From an uncultured Candidatus Saccharibacteria bacterium (GTDB lineage Bacteria > Patescibacteriota > Saccharimonadia > Saccharimonadales > UBA4665), in contig CAYZGW010000002.1 of the NCBI GenBank assembly GCA_964478195.1, positions 1,109 to 65,108 of the forward strand: 64,000 bases of DNA, in the 5' to 3' direction. Below are positions 50,957 through 60,315 of the stretch, one piece after another (position 1 is the stretch's first letter; each line of letters opens with the position of its first letter). The notes beneath the pieces were generated by a model. It saw only the letters and a list, made by a program, of their open reading frames with translations. It had not been told where the DNA came from and did not search any database. A program made the translations under genes and the position numbers.

Positions 50957-52249
50957 ATGGCAATGATGATTGACGAGGAAATTGCACGGCTGATAGCCGC
51001 TGAAGAGCAGCGCCAGCGTGAGGGCTTGGAGTTAATCCCGAGCGAAAACTATGTGAGCCGTGATGTGCTTACTGCTATGGGTAGCGTGTTTACTAACAAA
51101 TATAGCGAAGGTTATCCGGGCAAACGCTATTACGGTGGACAGGAAAACACCGACCAGGTAGAACAAATTGCTATCGACCGGGCCAAGAAACTTTTTAAGG
51201 CAGATCATGCTAATGTGCAACCGCACTCTGGTGCTCCAGCTAATGAGGCGGTATACAGTGCTTGGCTAGAGCCGGGTGATACTGTGCTGGCTATGGACCT
51301 TTCTCATGGTGGTCACCTTACCCACGGTGCGCCAGTGACGCGCAGTGCTAAGCTGTATAATTTTATCCGCTACAAAATGAAAGATCCGGCCACGGGTGAG
51401 ATCGATTACGAAGAGCTTCGAGAATTGGCAAAAAAACACCAACCCAAGATTATTCTGGCTGGGTTTAGTGCGTATCCGCGGGAGCTTGATTATGCTAAAT
51501 TCGCCGCCATTGCCCAAGAAGTGGGCGACGAATGTTTACTTATGGCCGACATGGCACATATAGCCGGGCTAATTGCAGGCGGTGTTGCTAAAAACCCCTT
51601 TGACTATGGCTTCCATGTTATTACCACTACTACACACAAGACCTTGCGTGGTCCGCGGGGTGGGCTGATTCTTTCAAAAGGTATTGTAGGTAATCCGCTG
51701 AAGGCTCCGGAAAAAACCCTAGAAAACATCCCGACGCTCATTGATCGAGCAGTATTCCCGGGGATGCAAGGCGGTCCGCACGAACACACGATTGCTGCCA
51801 AAGCTGTAGCGTTTGGTGAGGCATTAAAGCCAGAATTTAAGCAGTACGCTCAGCAAATCATTAAAAATGCTGCCGCATTGGCTGAAGCTTTGCAGCAGCG
51901 TGGTTTCCAGCTAGTAACTGGTGGTACTAGTAACCACCTTATCCTTGCCGATGTCTACCAAAGCTTTGGTTTGGATGGCAATGTCGTGGAAACGGTGCTG
52001 GATAAAATTGGCCTAACGCTTAACAAAAACGCCGTAGCCAACGATCCACTGCCACCATTTCGTCCAAGCGGTATTCGTCTGGGTACGCCGGCTATTACCA
52101 CCCGTGGTCTTACGGAAGATGAGATGGAGCAAATTGCCGACTGGATGCATCAAGCGATTGAGCATCGCGAAGATGATGCTCGGCTTGAAGAGCTGCGCAC
52201 TGCGGTTCGTGAGTTTGCGCTCAAGTATCCATTGCCAAGTGATAAGTAA
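50957..52249 (+). CDS. glyA: Serine hydroxymethyltransferase
   Basis: LELIPSENY, SHGGHLTHG and TTTTHKTLRGPRGG (PLP-Lys). Confidence 0.95.
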   Translation: MAMMIDEEIARLIAAEEQRQREGLELIPSENYVSRDVLTAMGSVFTNKYSEGYPGKRYYGGQENTDQVEQIAIDRAKKLFKADHANVQPHSGAPANEAVYSAWLEPGDTVLAMDLSHGGHLTHGAPVTRSAKLYNFIRYKMKDPATGEIDYEELRELAKKHQPKIILAGFSAYPRELDYAKFAAIAQEVGDECLLMADMAHIAGLIAGGVAKNPFDYGFHVITTTTHKTLRGPRGGLILSKGIVGNPLKAPEKTLENIPTLIDRAVFPGMQGGPHEHTIAAKAVAFGEALKPEFKQYAQQIIKNAAALAEALQQRGFQLVTGGTSNHLILADVYQSFGLDGNVVETVLDKIGLTLNKNAVANDPLPPFRPSGIRLGTPAITTRGLTEDEMEQIADWMHQAIEHREDDARLEELRTAVREFALKYPLPSDK

Positions 52250-52260
52250 GGGGGAAACCT

Positions 52261-52740
52261 ATGGCCGATCGATTTGTAACTCGGCAAGCGGTATTTTGCG
52301 TTGTCCGAAACGAAAAAGGCGAGATTTTATTGCAACAGCGCTCAGGCACTGGTTATCTTGACGGCTATTGGGACTTGCCAAGCGGCCACCTGGAGCATGG
52401 TGAAGCTATGCAGGTATCAGCCGTGCGCGAATTGAAGGAAGAGACGGGCATTATTGCAGAGCCTGAAGCATTAAGGCTAATTCATATCGATCAGTACTTT
52501 TTGAATAAAGACTACACGAACTTTGTATTCGAAGTTGACGTCTGGCGTGGTGAGCCTAAGATTTGCGAACCAGAAAAATGTAGCCAAATAGGTTGGTTTA
52601 CGCCGGGCAACTTCCCTAAAAGGTGTGTAAATGTAGTACGGGTAACAGAGCGTGGTGGTTTTGGCGGTGAGCTTACCTATTCGGTAACTGATCGTGCGTC
52701 ATACGCTGAGATTATGGGTGAGCCGTTTGCCGATAAATAA
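52261..52740 (+). CDS. NUDIX hydrolase
   Basis: Nudix box GHLEHGEAMQVSAVRELKEETGI. Confidence 0.85.
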   Translation: MADRFVTRQAVFCVVRNEKGEILLQQRSGTGYLDGYWDLPSGHLEHGEAMQVSAVRELKEETGIIAEPEALRLIHIDQYFLNKDYTNFVFEVDVWRGEPKICEPEKCSQIGWFTPGNFPKRCVNVVRVTERGGFGGELTYSVTDRASYAEIMGEPFADK

Positions 52741-52749
52741 CGCTTAAAG

Positions 52750-53133
52750 TCAGCTCTTGCGGCGTACAAATTGTAACGCTGACCACGTATCGTCAAGTGA
52801 CGCAACTTTTACGTCAACCCAGCGTAGCGGTAAGATAGCGCTGCGTAACAGGTTATCGCTCAAATCTGTTTTAACGCCACTAGCTTGCTTGGGCCAACTG
52901 ATCCATAACGACTTTTCAATGTCTTGTAAGCTATTGTTATCCAAAAAATCAGCCAGATCGGCCGCACGCTCGCAAAATAAGTGAACATGCGTGGCGGGCA
53001 GTCCTGCTTCAAGCTCCACACCTGCACTATCTGCAAAGTTGCTATACCAAGCGGGGGTTGTTTCTACGAAAACCGTATCTCCAGCAGCAAAACCTAATTT
53101 TTCTGCTAAGCTTTTTTCAGAAGGTGTATCCAT
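52750..53133 (-). CDS. Hypothetical protein (DUF3052-like, tentative)
   Basis: 127 aa. LAEKLGFAAGDTVFV ... LWISWPKQ pattern recalled from DUF3052-type proteins. Confidence 0.45.
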   Translation of the reverse strand: MDTPSEKSLAEKLGFAAGDTVFVETTPAWYSNFADSAGVELEAGLPATHVHLFCERAADLADFLDNNSLQDIEKSLWISWPKQASGVKTDLSDNLLRSAILPLRWVDVKVASLDDTWSALQFVRRKS

Positions 53134-53171
53134 GTGTATTCAGTATACGCGGGGTTTTAAGGCGAAGCTAG

Positions 53172-54206
53172 CTAGTGAGGTAATAGTTCTGGCTCTTGCA
53201 CGAGTGTTATGCCAAACTTCTGTTGAACGGCGTCCACGATACGCTGTTTAAAATGCAGTAAATCGTCGGTTGTCTTGGCATGTTCGTTGACTAGCACAAG
53301 CGCATGATTGTCCCAGGTGGCCATACCGGTTTCGGGATCGTGAAAACCCTTTAGCCCAACGCTTTCGATTAGCCAAGCTGCCGGAATTTTGTAGGTGCCA
53401 TCATCACCTGGCCAACAGGGCATTTCCGGAAAGTTTGCCTGGAGTTCTTGTGCTGTGTTGGCGTTCACAATGGGGTTTGCAAAAAAAGAGCCATTGTTGG
53501 CGACCTTAGCTGGGTCGGGCAGTTTTGACTCACGGATTGCAATAACTATCTTGCGGAGTTTTGCTGGTGTCATTGCCCCTTCTACGGGGTGTTTTTGCAG
53601 GTAAGCTTCAATGGCCATATAATAGGGCGGCTCTGGGTTACCTTCTTTAAGGCGGAGTGTGATGGAAGTAATCAGAAAACGACCCTGGTCAGTAGTTTTA
53701 AAGCGTGATTCGCGGTAGCCAAATGCACAGTCAGCTTCGGTAAGCGTTACAAAGCTACCTGTTTGTAGGTCAAATGCCTCAAGCGAAGCCAAGATGCGGC
53801 TGATACGCTGGCCATAAGCTCCAACATTCTGAATGGGGGTGCCTCCGGCAGAACCAGGTATCAGGCTCAGTGCTTCCATGCCAGTCAGGCCCGCCTCAGT
53901 ACTGCGAGCAACCACATCGTCCCATACTTCTCCAGCGCCAATAATTAACAGATGACTGCCATCAGCTTGTAATTCGTCCTTATAACCTGCAATCTTATTA
54001 ACCATTACTAACCCACGAAAGCCGTCGTCACGCCAGTAAATGTTGCTGCCGCCGCCGATCATAATGACGGGTAACTTGCGGGCATTTGCCCAAAAGACTG
54101 CCTCGGTAAGTTCTGATTTACTGTGGATTTCTACTAGATAATCAGCAATGCCACCGAGTCGCATGGTTGAGTAATTGCTAAGGCGAACGTCTTTCTGGGG
54201 ATTCAT
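53172..54206 (-). CDS. murB: UDP-N-acetylenolpyruvoylglucosamine reductase MurB
   Basis: Start at MNPQKDVRLSNYSTMRLGG (54206). FAD-binding GGGSNI, GIPGSAGGTPIQNVGAYG, NGSFFANP. Confidence 0.9.
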   Translation of the reverse strand: MNPQKDVRLSNYSTMRLGGIADYLVEIHSKSELTEAVFWANARKLPVIMIGGGSNIYWRDDGFRGLVMVNKIAGYKDELQADGSHLLIIGAGEVWDDVVARSTEAGLTGMEALSLIPGSAGGTPIQNVGAYGQRISRILASLEAFDLQTGSFVTLTEADCAFGYRESRFKTTDQGRFLITSITLRLKEGNPEPPYYMAIEAYLQKHPVEGAMTPAKLRKIVIAIRESKLPDPAKVANNGSFFANPIVNANTAQELQANFPEMPCWPGDDGTYKIPAAWLIESVGLKGFHDPETGMATWDNHALVLVNEHAKTTDDLLHFKQRIVDAVQQKFGITLVQEPELLPH

Positions 54207-54283
54207 TCTGTAGCAAGTATACCTTATCGCCTTATACTCTTTGCTTGCACGCACGTCTCAACAGAGGTAAAATAGCGTTTGTA

Positions 54284-54826
54284 ATGAGCGACAAGAACAA
54301 GCAACTGCCGTATGAGTCTTTGGGTGCGCAATTGCGCCGCCTGCGTGAGCGTAGTCGTGAATCGCTTGCCGAGGTTTCCGGCGCTGTAGAAATCGACGAA
54401 AAAGACCTGACGCTTATCGAATCGGGTACCGAACGACCTAGTGAGGACATACTTTTGCTGCTTATCAGTCACTTTGCCGTAGAAGACGATAAGGCAGCCG
54501 AATTGTGGCAGCTAGCTGGGTATGACAAACAATCGGAAGATGACACGCATGAGCATGAACCGGCTTCGCGACAAAGCCGCCAGCAACAAACGCTGATGGT
54601 AATGATTGACCCGCGTGTCATGTATAGCGATTCCGTAGAGGTAATCGGCGGCATGGAAGGTGTAGTATTAAATTTCTCGCAAAACGCTGGCCAGCACGGG
54701 CAACCACTTACGGTATCGCGCATTGGTATGAGCCGCGAACAGGCCAAAATGTTAATGGGCGCCTTACATCAGGCGCTGTATGACATTGATAACCCAGGTC
54801 ATAAGCGCTTGGGCGACGGCAAATAA
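54284..54826 (+). CDS. XRE-family HTH protein with C-terminal DUF3467-like domain (tentative)
   Basis: Start at MSDKNK (54284). HTH LGAQLRRLRERSRESLAEVSGAVEIDEKDLTLIESG. C-terminal MYSDSVEVIGGMEGVVLNFSQ...REQAKMLMGALHQAL. Confidence 0.7.
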   Translation: MSDKNKQLPYESLGAQLRRLRERSRESLAEVSGAVEIDEKDLTLIESGTERPSEDILLLLISHFAVEDDKAAELWQLAGYDKQSEDDTHEHEPASRQSRQQQTLMVMIDPRVMYSDSVEVIGGMEGVVLNFSQNAGQHGQPLTVSRIGMSREQAKMLMGALHQALYDIDNPGHKRLGDGK

Positions 54827-54891
54827 GCATCTTGTATAACAGCTGATGAATAGGCTAGGTTGACCGATTGCCGGAAAATGCCTAGGCTAAA

Positions 54892-56220
54892 GTGATGATA
54901 AGAAAAACAAAAAAGACCGCCAAAACCGCTGAAAACATGGCAACCAGAATATCGCGTCAAGTAGTGAATGCAGCCACAAAGTTGCCGCCCTTGCGTCGCC
55001 GTTCAGAGCTTACGCCCGCGGAGGTGCAGGTGGCTCGGGACTATATTCGTACATTTTGGCCTCGTCTGGAGCGATTTCATCCCAGGGATGACGAAAGTTT
55101 GCTAGGTTTGCCAAAGCCATACTTGGTGCCGAGCTATCAAGAAGGTGCCGGGTTTGACTATAACGAGCTGTATTATTGGGACAGCTTCTTTATGGTGCAA
55201 GGTATGTTAAGCTCCAAGGAAAATCCTGAGCTAGTGCAGGGGATTCTAGAAGATTTACTGAGCCTGTTTAAGCGTTACAAGATTATCCCGAACGGCTCGC
55301 GCACATTCTTGATGGGGCGCTCGCAGCCGCCATTTTTAACCACCTTAATTCTGGATGTCTATACTACTTATGGCAAGGACAAGGTCTGGCTTAAGGCGGC
55401 CATGGAGGTTGCGGAGCAGGAATATCAGACAGTGTGGCTTGGTCAGAAAAAGCCGAATGAGCGCCTAGTATACAGAGGTCTGAGTCGGTATTACGATATA
55501 AACTATCTGCACGATTTGGCCGAAGCGGAAAGCGGCTGGGATATGACGCCACGGTTTAACCGTCATGCGCTCAATTATTTACCGGTAGACTTAAACGCGC
55601 TGCTTTATAAATACGAAATGGACTTTGCCCGAGCCGCACGGCTGTTCGACGATAAACGCGAAGCTGCTAAGTGGGAACAGGCCGCCGAGGCCCGCAAAAT
55701 GGCAATGGACGAACTGATGTGGGACCGCGTACGGGGCATATACTATGACTACAATTATGTCAAAGAAAGACGAGGCAGTGTCAGTAGTTTGGCTGCATAC
55801 TTCCCGATGTGGGCCGGCATGGTTAGCGAAAAACGAGCAGCTCAACTAGTTAAGGCACTGCGCCGCTTTGAAAACGAAGGTGGTCTGGCAACTACCAATG
55901 CACAGCCGCTTGGTCGGTATGTACCCGGTAGTATGCCAGTGCAATGGGCGTTTCCAAATGGCTGGGCACCCCTGCACTTTATTGTGGTAGAAGGCTTGCT
56001 GCGCTATGGTTACCGCGAAGATGCTAAGCGCATTGCTGTAAAGTGGCTTAAAACCAATCTAGGTTGGTTTACTGTACACGGCGTATTCTTAGAAAAATAT
56101 AATGTTGTTAACCCTGATAAGCCACCACAAAAGGGAGTCTATCCCAGCCAGACTGGTTTTGGCTGGACTAATGCCGTATTTGAGCGCTTCTGTCAGCAAT
56201 TTGTTGATCGGCAGCCGTAA
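54892..56220 (+). CDS. treA: Alpha,alpha-trehalase (GH37)
   Basis: GFDYNELYYWDSFF (trehalase signature 1 region), RSQPPFL, ESGWDMTPRF, QWAFPNGWAPLH (signature 2 region). Confidence 0.85.
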   Translation: MMIRKTKKTAKTAENMATRISRQVVNAATKLPPLRRRSELTPAEVQVARDYIRTFWPRLERFHPRDDESLLGLPKPYLVPSYQEGAGFDYNELYYWDSFFMVQGMLSSKENPELVQGILEDLLSLFKRYKIIPNGSRTFLMGRSQPPFLTTLILDVYTTYGKDKVWLKAAMEVAEQEYQTVWLGQKKPNERLVYRGLSRYYDINYLHDLAEAESGWDMTPRFNRHALNYLPVDLNALLYKYEMDFARAARLFDDKREAAKWEQAAEARKMAMDELMWDRVRGIYYDYNYVKERRGSVSSLAAYFPMWAGMVSEKRAAQLVKALRRFENEGGLATTNAQPLGRYVPGSMPVQWAFPNGWAPLHFIVVEGLLRYGYREDAKRIAVKWLKTNLGWFTVHGVFLEKYNVVNPDKPPQKGVYPSQTGFGWTNAVFERFCQQFVDRQP

Positions 56221-56225
56221 ATCTA

Positions 56226-56534
56226 CTATGAATAGTGCACGATGCCAATTACAATGGCGATCTCGATAATTTCGTACAAGACAGTGGTGAGCAAAAGTGG
56301 CCACTCTTTTTTTCGTAAAGCATAGAATATCCAGACCAGATTATCGACGCAAAAGAATGCCCAGGTTGTTAGAGACACGTGCTCGGCGCTGTGGCTAGAG
56401 TAGATATCCCACAATTGTGGCAGTTCAAACAGCGGGGTTACGATGCCAAAGAAGTATATTATGTAATCAAACGGGTCTCGTGGTTTATGGAGAGTCTTTT
56501 GAAAGCGTTTGCGATGTTTGTGTCTGCCGGTCAT
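56226..56534 (-). CDS. SemiSWEET-type (PQ-loop, 3-TM) sugar transporter
   Basis: 102 aa with three TM helices and a PQ motif in TM1 (TPLFELPQLWDIY). Confidence 0.7.
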   Translation of the reverse strand: MTGRHKHRKRFQKTLHKPRDPFDYIIYFFGIVTPLFELPQLWDIYSSHSAEHVSLTTWAFFCVDNLVWIFYALRKKEWPLLLTTVLYEIIEIAIVIGIVHYS

Positions 56535-56588
56535 GGTTTGCTGCTATTGTAGCATTTCATGCATAGGTCTAGAGGTATACTACTGCTT

Positions 56589-56762
56589 ATGGACGTTCTG
56601 GAACCAACTCCGCTCCCTTGTGCCGATAAGCTATCTTTTGATACGCCAGAAGCCGCACAGGCTACAGCGATCGTCAGCGAGCATTATTATGGCAACAAGC
56701 TTAAGGTCTACCGGTGTCGCTATTGCCAGCTATATCACCTATCAAGTGATTACGAAACGTAG
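56589..56762 (+). CDS. Small Cys-containing hypothetical protein
   Basis: MDVLEPTPLPCADKLSFDT...YRCRYCQLYHLSS. Possible Cys3/Cys4 knuckle. Convergent 13-nt overlap with the trmB-like gene. Confidence 0.35.
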   Translation: MDVLEPTPLPCADKLSFDTPEAAQATAIVSEHYYGNKLKVYRCRYCQLYHLSSDYET

Positions 56763-57514
56763 GGGCTCGCTGCCCACGAGCTTTCAAACATCGCACGCTG
56801 GGCGCTAGACAGTTGTTCGCTTTCAATGATGATGCCAATGATGTCTTGATTGTAGTCAAGCATCGCGATCTTATGGTCGTACAAATAGGTTTCGGCGCTA
56901 AATTCGAGGCCTGGGTTGAGCAACCGGGTGCTGCGCAAAAGCTCGTGATCGGTATCTTGCAAGCGTTGTCCGGCCATATTGTGCACCGCCAGGACTCGGA
57001 TCTGTAGGTTACGCTCGCAGCGTTCCCGAATGAATTGGTTATGTTGGGCTAGGCTAAAGAGCTTTACTTCAGTGGCCTGGTTGGTCCACAATAGTAGTCC
57101 ACTCTGCGCCGTTAAAATGTCGCGCCAAACACTGAGCAGGCCATTCGCGCCTTGAAATGTACGCACGCGCGGTCGCACTACGCTGGTCTGGTGCATGGCT
57201 TGCAGCAGTCCCAGATTCTCTTCCAGCTCAATCCGCTGCCGCCCAAGTTGCCTCTGGCGATTAGCGACCAAACGCATGAGTATCTCGGGTTCGGTCGCAC
57301 TCAATGATTTACCGTAAGCTTTGTGATCTTCAATCAAAAGCCCTTTATCGAGTAGTGATTTTGTTACCAGATAGGCCGTAGAGCGGCGCAACCGGGTGCG
57401 GACAATGAGGTCGCTGAGCGGGGCGGTGCCGTGCAAGTAAGCTGCTAGGTACAACTTGATTTCTTTGTCGTCACAGCCAAGTGCTACAAGCGCGCCGCGT
57501 AAAATCTTTTCCAT
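56750..57514 (-). CDS. TrmB family (sugar-responsive) transcriptional regulator
   Basis: Start at MEKILRGALVALG. Winged HTH LGCDDKEIKLYLAAYLHGTAPLSDLIVRTRLRRSTAYLVTKSLLDKGLL plus a TrmB-like C-terminal domain. Confidence 0.75.
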   Translation of the reverse strand: MEKILRGALVALGCDDKEIKLYLAAYLHGTAPLSDLIVRTRLRRSTAYLVTKSLLDKGLLIEDHKAYGKSLSATEPEILMRLVANRQRQLGRQRIELEENLGLLQAMHQTSVVRPRVRTFQGANGLLSVWRDILTAQSGLLLWTNQATEVKLFSLAQHNQFIRERCERNLQIRVLAVHNMAGQRLQDTDHELLRSTRLLNPGLEFSAETYLYDHKIAMLDYNQDIIGIIIESEQLSSAQRAMFESSWAASPYVS

Positions 57515-57655
57515 ATGATACAAGAGTAGCAGGCTATAGAGATTATGTCTATTATATCTAGACGACGTATTGCTGTATCTATAGCAACAGATTAGATAAT
57601 TGTATGGACTTGTACATAATTATTAGAAATTTCCGCAATAATGCATACTGGAAGC

Positions 57656-58621
57656 ATGAAAGTAGCATTAGACAAGGAAAAACAAGAGCGTGTTCTAATC
57701 CTGGAAGGTGGCCCAAGCAGTGAGCGAGCCGTGTCACTTCGTTCGGCGGCGCATGTGGCCGACGCGCTCAGAAAAGCCGGCGGTAGTGTCATAACTGCTG
57801 ACCCAGCTGAAGCGGGGTTTGATCTTACAGGTATGGCTCAGAAGGTTGACGTAGTTATTCCTATGGTTCACGGCGAGGGCGGCGAAGACGGCGTATGCCA
57901 GCAGAGCCTTGAAGCCATGGGCAAACCATTCTTAGGGTCTGATTCAGCCGCTTGCGCGCTAACTTTTAACAAAGCACTATATCGTGATTTTATGACCACG
58001 CACGATGTACGCATGGCAGCCGGTGAGATGGTTTCCTGGCGGTTGTTTAAAAAATCCAAGCTCCGGCAAGCTCCGTATGTGCTTAAGCCAATAGATGGCG
58101 GCTCTAGCATTGATACGGTAATCGTACGTGATATGAGTCATGAGCCAAACGGTGAGTATTTTAGCGAACTGTTTGCTCGTCACAAGCGGATGCTGCTTGA
58201 GCAGTTGATTGTCGGGCAAGAAATTACTGTTGGCATTCTGGGAGGTGAAGCGCTGCCGGTCATTTTGATAGTTCCGCCAGAGGCTGGTGAGTTTGATTAT
58301 GAAAATAAATATAATGGTGTCACACAAGAAATAGTGAACCCAACGCAGATCCCTGTGCGGATCCAACAGGAGGCTCAGAAGCTAGCGCTAAAAATACACC
58401 AGCTTACTGGATGCCGACATTTGTCGCGTACCGATATGATCGTGACGCCGGAAGGCAAGATATACGTGCTGGAAACCAATACGCTGCCCGGAATGACTGC
58501 CGAAAGCCTATTTCCTAAGGCCGCAGCGGCCGCTGGCATTAATATGCCGACACTAGTGCGGCGTTTTCTGGACATGGCATCAGAAGGCATGAGGTTTCAG
58601 GAAGATGCCCCTAAGGGATAG
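57656..58621 (+). CDS. ddl: D-alanine--D-alanine ligase
   Basis: Start at MKVAL. GGPSSERAVSLRS, HGEGGEDG, ATP-grasp core PYVLKPIDGGSSID, and C-terminal YVLETNTLPGMTAESLFPK. Confidence 0.9.
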   Translation: MKVALDKEKQERVLILEGGPSSERAVSLRSAAHVADALRKAGGSVITADPAEAGFDLTGMAQKVDVVIPMVHGEGGEDGVCQQSLEAMGKPFLGSDSAACALTFNKALYRDFMTTHDVRMAAGEMVSWRLFKKSKLRQAPYVLKPIDGGSSIDTVIVRDMSHEPNGEYFSELFARHKRMLLEQLIVGQEITVGILGGEALPVILIVPPEAGEFDYENKYNGVTQEIVNPTQIPVRIQQEAQKLALKIHQLTGCRHLSRTDMIVTPEGKIYVLETNTLPGMTAESLFPKAAAAAGINMPTLVRRFLDMASEGMRFQEDAPKG

Positions 58622-59314
58622 CCTCAGAAGTCTTACATGGAAGCCTTTGCTTTTATCGAATATGCTAGGCTACCGTATCTTAAATCATCAAGTGCCAAAG
58701 CGATTTGTTCTAGACGACGTACCCTATTTTGCGCAATGGGAGTCACGTGAATTGGTGATGTCGATACTGCGCAGGAGCACTAAAGCAGAGGATGACCCAA
58801 ACTGGAAAGCTTCAGGCGCAACCTCGAGGTTAGAATACGCTTCTTGGAGTTGGACTGGTTGCGGGATGGCTTGTCTTAAGATGATCTTAGCTCACCGATA
58901 CGGCAAAGAGTTGCCGCTCGTTACTTTAGGTAAACAATGTGCGGCATATGGTGGATATGATATGCCACTTGAAGAGTCGGTAGGACTCAAATATAAACCG
59001 TTTGCACAGTTCGTTAAAATTGAGTTTGATATACCCACAAAACCAGTGGTGCCGTTAGTTCGATCACGGATAATACATGAATTAGCACAGCAGAAGTATG
59101 TAATAGCTTCGGTAAGCCCCATGATTCGCGATGTGGCCACGAGGCCAACAAGCAAAGGCGGCCATTTGGTGCTTGTAGTAGGGACGACCTAGAAAGGAGA
59201 GAGTTTTATCTACATAACCCTTCGGGCGGATCAGTTTTGGCAGAAGCATATGCAGCTGTATCGTTTAAAGATTTTCGGAAATTCTTTGCTGGTCGGGGGA
59301 TCGTCCTGGGCTAA
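58605..59314 (+). pseudogene. Peptidase C39-like (C39_2/BtrH-like) gene interrupted by a 1-nt frameshift at a G-run
   Basis: Frame 1 ends ...KGGHLVLVVGTT* at 59192. A shift at GGG 59181-59183 continues as DDLERREFYLHNPSGGSVLAEAYAAVSFKDFRKFFAGRGIVLG* (stop at 59312-59314). The catalytic-Cys region WTGCGMACLKMIL is present. Confidence 0.55.
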
Positions 59315-59349
59315 CAGGGCGTATGCTATAATCCTATCTTGAACTTCCA

Positions 59350-59426
59350 GGGTGATTAGCTCAGCTGGCTAGAGCGCAGCATTCACATTGCTGAGGTCAT
59401 AGGTTCGAGTCCTATATCACCCACCA
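59350..59426 (+). tRNA. tRNA-Val (anticodon CAC), CCA encoded
   Basis: GGGTGAT/ATCACCC acceptor, CAGCA-TTCACAT-TGCTG anticodon arm, ATAGG-TTCGAGT-CCTAT T arm. Confidence 0.95.
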
Positions 59427-59427
59427 A

Positions 59428-59467
59428 GAAAAAGAGCCTGTTGGTAATCGACAGGCTCTTTTTCTTT
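59428..59467 (+). terminator. Rho-independent terminator after tRNA-Val
   Basis: AAAGAGCCTGT tggtaatcg ACAGGCTCTTT followed by TTCTTT. Confidence 0.75.
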
Positions 59468-59529
59468 AGAAATAACTTGTACAATCTGCCGCTTCGCTTG
59501 TAAAATGCTTGTGGTAAAGCAGAAAGCTT

Positions 59530-60255
59530 ATGTCTCATAAAATCACCCAGTTCAACTGTTTTTCACCACCAGTGATGTTGGCGACGTTTGCTATTGAAAC
59601 TATCTTGGCCGCATACACAGTAGTGCGGTACAAACTGGATACGCTAGGGCGACTCTCTGTAATGATGCTTCTAGCACTGGCAGCCTTTCAGCTGTGTGAA
59701 TATCATGTTTGTGGTGGTTGGGGTGTTCGGGCAAGCGAATGGTCGCGAGCTGGCTATGTTGCGATTACGTTACTGCCACCTCTGGGACTACATATGCTTC
59801 ATGTTTTGGCTGATAAGCCAAAACGCCGCCTAGTGCTACTTGCCTATCTGACGATGATGGCATTTATTGCTTACTTTACGATTGTACCGCACGTTTTTCG
59901 CGGCTACGCCTGCACTGGTAACTATGTGATATTCCAGATAGGTACGCGGCCCGCCATAGCCTATGGTGTGTATTATTACGGTTGGATCCTAACGGCGATC
60001 GCGCTAGGAGTTCGCTGGGCTAGCATGCTTAGAAAGAAAGGTGCCAAAGCAAGATCTCGTATGTTTGGAGCGCAGGCTTTGGTGGTGGGTTACTTGATAT
60101 TCTTGGTACCAACAGCGCTTGCTAATAGCGTTAAGCCGGAAACCCGCCGAGGCATCCCAAGTATTATGTGTGGCTTCGCAGTCCTATTTGCACTGATTTT
60201 GGCGCTGTATATATTGCCGATGCTCGGCAAGCGTCGCGTAGCAGGCAAACATTGA
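59530..60255 (+). CDS. Integral membrane protein, unknown function
   Basis: 241 aa with about 7 TM helices. No catalytic motif recognised. Confidence 0.5.
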   Translation: MSHKITQFNCFSPPVMLATFAIETILAAYTVVRYKLDTLGRLSVMMLLALAAFQLCEYHVCGGWGVRASEWSRAGYVAITLLPPLGLHMLHVLADKPKRRLVLLAYLTMMAFIAYFTIVPHVFRGYACTGNYVIFQIGTRPAIAYGVYYYGWILTAIALGVRWASMLRKKGAKARSRMFGAQALVVGYLIFLVPTALANSVKPETRRGIPSIMCGFAVLFALILALYILPMLGKRRVAGKH

Positions 60256-60315
60256 GATTGCGCCTAGATAGGCTAGCGCCGTACAATACCAGCATAACGT
60301 AAAGGGAGAGGCTGT

